Shown here: positions 13,630-24,700 of the stretch, piece by piece
Layout: each line of letters begins with the position of its first letter
Numbering within the stretch: position 1 is the first letter of the stretch
Source of the DNA: Balanoglossus misakiensis
Taxonomy: Eukaryota > Animalia > Hemichordata
NCBI GenBank assembly: GCA_040954595.2
Contig: CM082581.2
Location: forward strand, 3,836,699-3,900,698
Length of the DNA: 64,000 bases
Direction of reading: 5' to 3'
Notes under the pieces: generated by a model
What the model was told of the DNA's origin: nothing
Databases searched by the model: none
The model's input: the letters and a program-made list of their open reading frames with translations, nothing else
Translations under genes and position numbers: made by a program

Positions 13630-14266
13630 ATTACAGATTTCACTCCGAGTGGTAAGCAGAGAACTGGTGTTGAAGAAGGTGATTACAGCTGAGGTTTGGT
13701 CATGAAACATTTCCGTTGCCGTGATGACAAATGTTTTTGTACTAAACAACATTTTTTTCTCTGTTAATTTAGGTTACGTCAACAGTATGTTTCCGCATCT
13801 TCCCGATGGCCGCCGCAGATTACTGGTATGGGACTCGTGCGCCGTCCACCTCACACAAGCTGTGAAGAATGAGCTGAGATCGCGGAACGTCGATGTCGCC
13901 GTAATTCCGGGTGGTCTGACTTTGCTCCTACAGCCCCTCAATGTTGGTTGCAACAAGCCCGTCAAAGATGTTGTGAGAGAGTGCTGGGACGACTGGATGA
14001 AGAATGGCGATGCAGATTTCACTCCGAGTGGTAAGCGAAAGCCCCCGAGCAGACTGGTGCTAAAGTGGGTGATCACAGCATGGGATCAGCTCAGCCAGAC
14101 GACGGTCAGCCGATCCTTACTGAAGTGCGGCATATCGAATCGGCTAGATGGCACCGAAGACGAGTTCCTATATGAAGACGTCGAACCCGATGACGAGTCT
14201 GACGTCAATGAAGACCTGATAGAACGTCTTGTCGACATCTTTGATTCCGAAGACTCGACTGAGTAA
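13630..14266 (+). mobile_element. pogo/Tigger-type DDE_1 transposase C-terminal fragment (POGK-like)
   Basis: ORF 13721-14266: LLVWDS..H..VIPGGLTLLLQPLNVGCNKPVK..W..WM..FTPSGK..WVITAW..KCGISNRLDGTED, then an acidic tail. The QPLD aspartate is N here. A short diverged copy of the FTPSGK segment sits at ~13634-13690. Confidence 0.85.
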
Positions 14267-15252
14267 ACCTGTACTACCGTACTCCATGGAGATACCATGG
14301 GTACACATACCAAACGGCCCTTTTCAGGGCCGCCACATCCTCCGAGAGAGAAAACCGGCTCGGAAAGTGGAAGGACAGGAAAGATGACTCGGTCGGGGTT
14401 AAATGGTGCACATCTCCCATCAAACTCGTAAGAATTTACTCCCTATGACAAGGAAGAGGCTAAGAGAATGAATTTCAAAAAAATACTCAACTTTTGGAAA
14501 AGTAGGAAGTTACCTTTGTTTTGGAAAGTTGGAAAACTGTGGGTATTTCACAATTTTGTCATTCTCTCAATAACGCCATTGTGCCTAAGAACATTACTAT
14601 GACCTCCTTTGGGATTGTATGAGGCTAATTGATCAAAGTCATTTAATATGCAAATTAGCAATTAATTAATATGTAATTGCTAAATTTCTCATAACCACAG
14701 CCATATGTCGGTCAGATCAGCAAGTTTCATCAAATTCTGTGCAATAATTACAGAAATACAGTACTAATTAGAAATTGTTATTAAATATATGCAAATGAGC
14801 AGGTAATTGACATGACACATATAGTACCATCATAATCTCATAAGATTACTATCTGTAGATGGTTTCATCTTATTTATGTGTACACACGTGAGCTAAAAAT
14901 GGCAACCTATTTTGTACTACTATTTACATTAACTTGCAATAATATCTCTTGTATGTCAGTCAATTTCACATCTCTTTTTGCAATTATATTTTGGACATTC
15001 TATAAGTGAAATTTGTCCTCCACCAGAGACTTACAAGAATGTTTGCAGAATCTTTCATTTTATACAGGAACTTTTGTTGACCTTCTACCCACTTCTATTT
15101 GAAGGTTATGATTCAAAATTCTAAGTTTTATTAGTGAAAGATCTTATATCTAACACATAACTTTAAATTTAAAGCTTGTCTTAAATATCCTATAAGTTCG
15201 GAGCTTGTTCTTCTGTATTCCACTTTTATGTATATTTTTCAGCCAAGTTTAA

Positions 15253-16040
15253 GGCTGCATTCACAAACACCTCTGGAGGGGGGGGGGCAGGAGAATTGAG
15301 GGGGGGATTTGAAAAAATTGAGGGTATGTAAGGGGGGGATTTGAAATAATTTAGGGACTGAAAGGGGGGGACTTGAAAACTTTGACGACTAAATATTTAT
15401 TTTGAGTACACAAAAATGCAGTTTCGCGCCCTTAATTTTACAAAATTTTCTAATGTGGGAGGGGGACACCCCCTCCCACACCCACCCCCTCCATTCATCA
15501 ACACCTTTCAATCATTGACTGGTTTATCTAGTGTCCCAGGTCAGGGGACTTGCCCCCACCCCATGATAACTTTGAGCGGCGAGGGTTCAATTTGTCCTCC
15601 CCAACATACCGGTAGTTGAGTTAATTTGCTTTTGCCGGGTTCATTAAAATGCAGCCTTGAGCTCTGTATTTTATAAAATTTTCTTACGTGGGAGGGGGAC
15701 ACCCCTTCAATTCTCGGTTTACAATGTCTCCCAACACAGAATACAATACTTAAAAAATAAAAACAATGTTCAGTTTTAATACCCACTGATGAGGGGAAAC
15801 ATCAGTTTCAAATTCTTTTCATGGGAGCTCTGTTAATCTTTTTTACAAGATAGATAGGTGATGTGTTTTGCTCTGTGAAAGAAAATGGGCGGGGGGGGGA
15901 TTTCAAAATTTTGGCAGTTCGGAAGGGGGGGATTTGAAAATATTTCGGGTTGTATAGGGGGGCATGTGAAAATTAGCGGTAAAAAAAATTTAATTCTCCC
16001 GCCCCCCCCCCCCCCTCAAGAGGTGTTTGTGAATGCAGCC
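15253..16040. mobile_element. PIF/Harbinger-type MITE, ~790 bp, TAA TSD
   Basis: TIR GGCTGCATTCACAAACACCTC.. / ..GAGGTGTTTGTGAATGCAGCC, flanked by TAA at 15250-52 and 16041-43. Internal GGGGGGATTTGAAAA subrepeats. A close copy in opposite orientation lies at 58288-59068. Confidence 0.9.
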
Positions 16041-16059
16041 TAACGTGCTTGAAGTCGAA

Positions 16060-16720
16060 ATGAAATGATTTACATATTACGTCACAGCAAAAACAGGATA
16101 AATAATATAAATACTCACTGAAATATTCAAGTCGACAACGACATCCCATGCACACTGTGTACCATCTTCAGAGCAGACTCCAGCACGAAAGTTGGATTCA
16201 AACGCGTACAGAAATCATGATACACCATTCTCCATGTTCTGTCTCGAATATTCTCAGAGCCGTCAAATAGACACTTGCGCCATGACATATCTGACGTCAT
16301 CGTGTAAAATTTCCTTTACGTTGGACAACTTTTCACTCACTCCCTGTGATAGAAATACGCAAGACACTTCTAATAACTATGATAAAACTTGCACCCGGAC
16401 CACTGGCGAATACTTGGAACCAGAATTTCATGAATAATATTTCCATTCTGAGGGATGGGCGCTCCATTCAAACCAAGCGATTTCGCGATGAAAGTTCACT
16501 TCAAACCGACCGCCATGATATGACGTAGGCCTTCGACAACTATACATCGCCCTCAACGCCACACCACGTGAAAGTAACAATTTCGTTTTGTATCGTCACA
16601 TCTCCGAGTCGACTGTCTAGTGCCACAAGTTTATCGGGTTTGGACAGCGTACAGCTTTTCCGAAGACACCAAATTAAATTCGTTTGAGATACATTTTCCT
16701 ACATTTGACTATCATTTAAA
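16060..16720 (-). promoter_or_regulatory. CpG-rich putative promoter/first exon of a minus-strand transcript
   Basis: High CpG density against the AT-rich background; CRE palindrome TGACGTCA at 16292-99; donor GTGAGT at 16113-18; only short ORFs. Confidence 0.4.
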
Positions 16721-16969
16721 TATTTGGTATAACTAAACTCTATCGTGTAAAAATACGAGAAAGAAAGCATTAAACTTGCCATTCTTGAGGGCGCAAATTA
16801 GTGTCATACAGAATATGTTTACGTGAGCTTCGTATCTGATGGCACAATTATCTATTTTGCATTTCTATGTGAGAGTGAAACTTTTTTTGACAAACACAAA
16901 TTCTATTTTAATAACGGTGAAAGTTAAAGTATTCAAATATGCCACACCCAAGTTGGTGGACATGATTAA

Positions 16970-17195
16970 TGTATCCATCCATCGATTGATCAATCAATCA
17001 ATATTTCAATAGATAGATATGCATCGATAGACAGACTGATAGATAGGTGATCGATCTATCGATAAATACATGGTCTGATCACAATTTCGACCAATCGATC
17101 GATGTTCGATAGATGGTGGATTGACAGGCGATCAGTATCGATCCATCTAGCTATCAAACATTTGATCTATCAATTCGATAACAGGATAGTCGATG
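16970..17195. repeat. Degenerate (GATC/GATA/ATCG)n microsatellite
   Basis: Runs of atcgatcg, gatagata and caatcaat. Confidence 0.8.
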
Positions 17196-18795
17196 GTCTC
17201 CACCAAATGTTACTGCTGGTTCTCGCCTTGTGGTATCAAAGAGATGTACCGGTACAAGGATCTGCCAAAGTAGACTCGTTGAAGCATTTAGTAGTGGAAA
17301 ACAACATATTTTATTGCTATAGTATGAGGTGTTAACAATACACAGTGTTCAGGGTGTGCCAACAGAAGACACTAACAGTACTTTTGATTTTGATTCAATG
17401 CATTTTACTTTGACATTTGATGCCTGTCACTTAATGATACATTTGGTACAGTTAACCCAGTCCAGATAATGTTTCACTTACTATTTTAATTCACAAAAGT
17501 TGTCTTGTATTGGCAGAAATGTTACACTTTGACATCTCGCTAAAATTACTGTGTACAGCATTTACACATTATTTTTTTGCGTAAAAAGTCAGAATAGCAA
17601 ATATGCAGGATTTAACGTGATCAGAATCACCGAGGAGAATCTGCAGCTGTGGGTTTGCACAGGGTAAACCCCACTGAGAAAGAAAACTAAGGCTCCACAC
17701 TCACCCCTCTTGTGAAGTGAACATGGTCGCTGATCCTATTCACACATGCAATGTGGTTGAAATGCACTTTTGGGATACAAGTAAACATTTCTGAAAGCCA
17801 AGATACATTTGTATAGGGCAACATTTAAGTTGCTTCAGTGTAAGCACTGTAAAAAAACAGTTTTCTCAAAGTTTTGTGTTAACACTTTGAGATGTCCAGC
17901 TCAAATTTGTCTGAATGCAAACTGTAGTGACTATTATACAAAGTATGTCTCTGTGTTTTTTTAAATCCCCAGCAATGAATTACTTCTGCTGCTCCAGTTT
18001 TTGCATCATAAAAATTGGAATACTTATAACTCAGCTTACCAATAGGCTTGATCCAGGGAGCCAATGGCTAAATTTGATAACTCCATTTTAATGATACTCA
18101 TAATCTTTCATCTCAATGCACTTTACAAGAAAGTAAAAATTAATAGTGTCACCAATGAAGAAAGAGAAATCAATTTTTAAAAGAATCAAAAACTTGATTA
18201 AAAATGTGTCAACACACAGACAGTGACATATAAAGTGATTAAAAAGGGTAAGTTTTTAACCCAAATATAAAATTATCATATGTTGAAGTAAGGTAACAGT
18301 AAGACACTGACAGGAAAATCCTGTTGCCATAAAAAGCAGTGCGACTACATGTAAAGTGTGGTTGAAGTGTGAATCAAATTCCTTGATTATTAAAAGGGAA
18401 CTGAATACATTCAAATGGTTGCTAAGGAAATTTACAAAATCAGATAAAATGCACAGTTTTCTCGATTTTTTTCAAATGATAATGAATTAAGGACAATACA
18501 AATCCAACAGACAGACTTTTCATGTGACTGCCAAGTGATGTCACATATATGCAAATGAGCACAGATTTATGCACCAAATTTCCTGGAATTTCAGAATTTT
18601 AATTACATAAGACACCTGTCTGTGGAGTCTGGCATGGACTACAGACTAGCTGTATGCAGTCCTGTATAGGTGAAACCTTTTTTGTCATGTTTTATCAAAA
18701 GATGCTTTTATGAAAAATATTGACACTCCTCAATGCTTGGCAAAAATTCAGAGACCCTCCTCCCCTAAACGCCTGTGTCACTTAGCGTACACCCA

Positions 18796-21700
18796 TCAGA
18801 TCCTCCCCCTCCTGTTATCTTTGTGCTGATGACCATTACTAATCTCCACAAAGAAGGTCTTAATGTCTTTTGGATTTAAAGTGATTGCAGATGGATCCAA
18901 CTTGGTAACTTCAGTGTCATTTTCTTGATTTTGCTTCTCTGTATTGAGCTCACTTTCACTCTCTGAAATAAAGTGAAATAAAATATATGAATTTTCATCC
19001 AAAAAAGTATTGATTTGTGTTAACTTGACTTCTCCACCTGTGCATCGGAAATCCTCACTATGGGTTTATAATCTCGTAGTCAGACTTCATTGATACCTGG
19101 ATACACATTTTTCACTGAAGAAATATATGTTTTCAAAGTTGATGTATTTGATTCCTCTATGAAGACCACTCTTTGAATCAATGGGTATAGCCACTATTGT
19201 ATAAGTCTCTAGAGGGCAGTATGAAATCCCCGCAAAAGGGAACGGTCAGTTGGTCACCAAGGCAACAGTAGACATAGCAACAGACGTGATCACCCATGAG
19301 GAAAAAACAGTAAGTTTAACTGCATACTGGGAAATAATCATTTACAATTAAGAAACAAGATTAGATTCCTTCACAAAACTGTACCTTCAGCATTCCACAG
19401 CCATCGCTTCATATCTTTCTTGGACCAGATTCCAGTAAGACTCCTTTCTTCAATATTAACTACATTACCAAGTGGTTCCAGAAATGTCTACAACAGAATG
19501 AAATAATCATATTTGTTCAGAAATCTTTCCAACTAACTTAAAGACCCAACAGCTGCCATTTTTTCATTATTTATTTTCATATAAATTGCTGTATGTTGCA
19601 ATTTGAACACGCTATGTATTAAATAGGTGCCGCACCCGTTTAATCAGCCTCCATCTGCCTCCATACAAAGAGTACAAAACAATTGTCGAATACGTCACCA
19701 AGAGATGACAAACTGATGCAAATAAAAGTAATATGACTTAAATGGTGAGGATTTTAAAGGATAGGGAGAAGATTTGAAGTTTTTTATGGTGGAAAAAACT
19801 ATGTGAAATTTGGCAGCTCATGGGGCTTTAATTGCAAAGAAGGCATTGTATTGCTATTAGAAATGCTTCACAAATGCACTGACATGCAGCACTTTTCTTC
19901 AAGACATTCATATGATTTCTGCCGTGTACACAGATAGCAGTTAAATCAAGATTACCAAAACCTATCATTTATGTTTAATGATATTTACCTTTAAATCAAG
20001 AGTAACGGGCTTGGATAAATCTGGGTGTTCATCTTGTTCATACATGTGGTATAATCTTACCAAGACTCTTCTCAAGTTTGGTTCTGTCAACTTCCTTATT
20101 GCTGAAACAATAGAGCATAACTTTTACATTGAAATGTTCCCCATATGGCTAGTTTTTCACTGAATAATGATAGAAATATTCTGCAGCAGTGTTTACTTCC
20201 AATTGCACATTCTGCTATGGGAGTAAAACAAACAAACTAACAAACTACATGTCGTTATACCAAGTTAGCTGGCTTAGCTGATTGATTGATTGATTAACTG
20301 ATTGATCAGTGAAGCTGATCTACCCGGCAGAGCAAGAACAGATCCCCTTCCAAAAACATTCTTGACATATACAGAAGTCAACAAGCCTATGCATTTCTAT
20401 GCAATTCTCAACCACTAGATAAACTAATTCTTGGACAAATTCTCACAGACACACAAATGACACTTACGATTCACTGCAATGTTCTGCAGATGCTTTTCAT
20501 GGTCAGAACTGAATGTCCATCCTGGTGTTTTCAGTGTAAGTAAGTGAATATTTCTCGGCAAGTCTTCAAATGTGGGAGTATCACTTGCTTTGTCATCCCA
20601 ATGTTCATCCAAAAATTCACGAATCTTTCCTAAAAAGATAACACACGATTTGATTAGCAATGTTTAGAAAATCTGATCTTGCGATCAAAATGCTGAGATT
20701 ATGAAAGCAATCGCATTACACTACGCTGTCATATCATCAGGAACATCAGAAACACATCAGTCTCCTCAGAGAAATCAGACACACACATTTTCCTACACAG
20801 CAGGATGTGTGTGTTCATGTATATACATACCAGGGATACATACATACATTTTTTCAGCTGTGACAAAGTGATTAAGATTAAAGTTTAACTTTTTTTAATC
20901 GGTCCAGTCACTGCAAAAAGGTGTTGTTCTTTGTTTACATCGAGGTCTTTCTTTACTGTCAAGCCACTTCAGCTTAGTCAACACACAAGAAGTGGCTGGA
21001 TGCTAAAACAATGTTGCCTGCTATAACTGGCCCCTGAAATGGCATAAAGTTTAATGCGGAAACATATAAAGGAGGGGGCACTTAGGCAACAGGGAAAATG
21101 TGGGGTTAAACCAAATGCATTAAATAAAAAGAATTTATGGAAGTTTTATTTTAGAACTGCTTTATGGGAATAGTTGGCACTTTGCCATGCGCGATGCATG
21201 TCTCTTTTTGTCATCTGCTTCATGGATCCCCCAGAGGCTATGACTGAATTGCAGGTACATGAACTGACAGAGGAAGACTTCCTCAGCGAAACTGCAGACC
21301 TAGTGGCTCCAACATTTGGAAACTGTATTGCAACTTTTGTCGAGTCTGATGTCGACATGATCGAAAGGCTACAAAGACGAGAAGTCTTGTGGGGAGTAAA
21401 AATTCTCAAAGGTGAGTACTCCCCACAAGATTTCTCGTCTTTGTAGCCTTTCGATCATGTCGACATCAGACTCAACAAAAGTTGCAATACAGTACGATCG
21501 ATGCCACACACTGATTGTTTTTAGAGTCTGTCTGCATTGAAAACAAATTTGTCGACTGGGCAAACATGCGATTTTGTCTATCCAGAATTCCTGTCAGAGA
21601 AGGGCCTGGACCCCGATTTTGAAGTTTTATCTTCAATGGCTTTGGCATTGACATTACACCCATTGTACGCTGGGGCGAGAAGTGAAGATGGTCATCGGTA

Positions 21701-24700
21701 CAGGAAATTCAGCCTCTCTGGCATTTGAATTTCAAGCAGCTCTTGCCTAGCACCTAAATTTCCTGTTGTATCACCGAAACATCAACATAATCAGTGATAG
21801 TGACTTTCAAATAGCCAACAATATTTTTAATGCACTGATCAGATGAAATGGGATGGACAGGACAAAGTAAATCACAAAACGCCAATTTAGACAACATGAG
21901 ATGGTGAATTCTACAACTTTCCATGACATTCAGAGCAAAAGGATGCCACCGTAGACTTGAAGTTGTACCTCAGCAAATAGAAAACGTCTGTGATTTCGCC
22001 CTGGATCCACTGACACTGGCTGACAGTGGTGTTCTGTCCACCCAAAACCCACTGTCTCTTATACTATAAGTACAGTTCGGTTTGATCTTTAAAGGGACAA
22101 AGTCTCTCTCTCGCTGGCCCTTTTTCCATTAATTATGTTTGATACAAGACACCATTTATGTCATTCTACTGGATATATAGTGAACCAACGTTCGACCACA
22201 CACAACTTCCATCCCGTTTGTAGACACGAGTGTGAAAAACTCGCCAAAATGATTAATCGGTGTATACCATTTATTCATTTTGACGAGATTTTTACTCTCA
22301 TATCCTACAAACGGGATGGAAGTTGAGTGTCGTTGAATGTTGATTCACCCTATATCCACATGTAGAATAACATCAACGGTGTCTTGTATCAAACATAATC
22401 AATGGAAAAGGGGCAGTGGGAGAGAGACTTTGTCCCTTTAATACCCTCCATTTTGGTAGATGAGGTTGGGAGGGTTTCAGAAGTTTAACCAGAGAAAGTT
22501 ATAAAGTGAGGAAAAATCATGGGCCTAATTATGTGGAGAGTAGGTTCTCAGAGAAAACAACAAATCTCCCTGACAACAGCTATGAACACAAAAGGTATGC
22601 AACAGGTTGTGAAAATTGTCCAGTAGCTGCATTTGAATAATACATGTCGAAACTTCACCCCAAAACAGTCTGCCCAAGAAGTTACAGCCCCCCCCCCCTC
22701 CCCAATATAAAATATTCAGATGTTTGGTTCTGTAACTCACCACTTGGTAAAAATACTTTGGGGTCAATGATGAAGGAGATCTCAGAGGCGGCAAAGCATG
22801 GTATACACAAATCACTGCAACAGCGTCCACAGCCAAAACTCAACACATCGTGTATTTTAAATAAAACTAAAAATTGATGAATGAATTTAAATTTTATTCA
22901 TAATAGGACTCCAAAAACTATATCAAAGTCAAACTGGCACACAAGTATCAATGTGATTGAAATCAGGTTTTGATTAACTTTCTAAACTATACAATGATTA
23001 AACAGTATATCACAAACATCAAAATACACATTGTAGATCAACATAACACTGGTATGAAACAAAACATAGAACCCCACTAGAATGAAAAAGAAGTTTCTCA
23101 AAAGTTGAGTTCGTGTTGTTATTTTCATTTGATCTCAAAGACATATTTAGATTTGAAAAGATAACAAACAACATGGCGATAAACAATCAAGCATGTTTTC
23201 TGATCAGAAACACAAAATTTCAAAACCTATTTATTATGATTTCTTTAATTTTTTTGAAATTTTGAAATAAAGACTAATGAAAATACTTAAGTTTGTGATG
23301 TATGTTCATGAACTTTTAAATTATCTGATAAAGTTTGAGAAGTTCAGCAAATTCATCGTCATTTTCTCTATACAATTTGACTGTATTCTGACATAAAAAA
23401 GTAAAGGTCACTCAAAATATTAAAGAACCTGTTACATTCTGACTTCACCCTCCACAAGCACAACATAAAAAATAAACTTCACTTCATATGCCATAAATTG
23501 CCTTTATATAAAGTGTGCATAAACACGTTTAGACTCTTAAGGCAAGGAATTCCCAATATTGTTTTCAGTTTCATCCTAAAAACACTCTGATGCAGTTGTT
23601 GAACATATCAGCTACAACCACCCTGCAAGGTGCATCATCTGCCATCTGCAGTGCCATACCAGTGGGGCAGTTCAGCTTATCCCCAGCACTGTCAATGCGA
23701 CAAACAAACTTGCCACCACTCTCAAACTTCAGTATGCTACTAGAAGTACTGACATACACATATTTATCATTCGCAATGATTATTCCCCTGGGGAGTCTCG
23801 GCTCACCATCCCCACTCTGACAATCAAAGGAATACAAAAACTTGTCATCTGAATTGAATACCTGGATGCGCTTGTTATCGGAGTCGACAACAAATATCAT
23901 CCCATTACTTCCTACTGTTATCCCCCAAAGATTATTGAATTTCCCCTGACCTTTACCCTCTGACCCAAATGACCTAATATACTTGCCATGTTGTGTATAA
24001 ATCCTGACACATTGCCCACCCCTGTCTGTCACATACACATTACCATTGACAGGGCAGATAGATATCCCCCATGGATCCTTCAGCTCATTCTGTCCAAAGC
24101 ATCTGATGACATGTCCATTCTCATCACTTACAATTACTTGCTTATTGTTGTCATCTAAATTATAGTGTGTATTATCACTTGATATAGCTAAGTCACGTGG
24201 CCTGAAAGGTTGATTAAATTGTGTAAATTTCAAAATTTTCTTTACTCTGACCACTCTGGTGGTTATTTGTAATCTTTCATTGTTCCTATCAGCAGTGATA
24301 ATGTCTTTGTCTTTGTTTATGGCCACACTGAAGGGCAACTTGTAGCGTCCCTCAGCACTTCCTTGACTGCCGATTGTTTGAACCAATCTTGTGATGACAG
24401 GTATGATGACAGGAGAGCCTGGTATTGCTTGATCTCCTATTGTCATGGCAACTTGATGTTTACCAACCATTTGTCCAGTCACTGTCATGCTGTGTGTACC
24501 ATCTCTGTTATCTGATACTTTGATGTATTCCCATGATGCATCAGGCTTTGTCACCTTAGCTTTCACTGGTTGTTTTGGGATGACTTGTTTTCCTGTGGAA
24601 TCTCTGGTTGTGATCAGCAGGTGTGCAGAGTCACCTTTCAGAAGCTGTTTTGGAATGTTTTCAACTGTACACTTTGAGATACAGATCTCAGATTGAGGTA

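Larger units (their letters stand above)
21220..22830 (+). mobile_element. Decayed DUF3504 / Crypton-like element (KCTD1/ZMYM-related)
   Basis: Broken frames: [21 protein letters not shown] (~21663-21725), [19 protein letters not shown] and [12 protein letters not shown] (~21785-21886), [17 protein letters not shown] (~22607), [24 protein letters not shown] then YTNHC (~22724-22820). These resemble the DUF3504 pattern W..P.G.N.L..MM..IS..A...YTNH. Confidence 0.7.

Noticed and set aside
13721-14266. Domesticated POGK gene
   Set aside because: Only the C-terminal DDE part is present, with no DNA-binding exons seen, and it sits among other TE debris.
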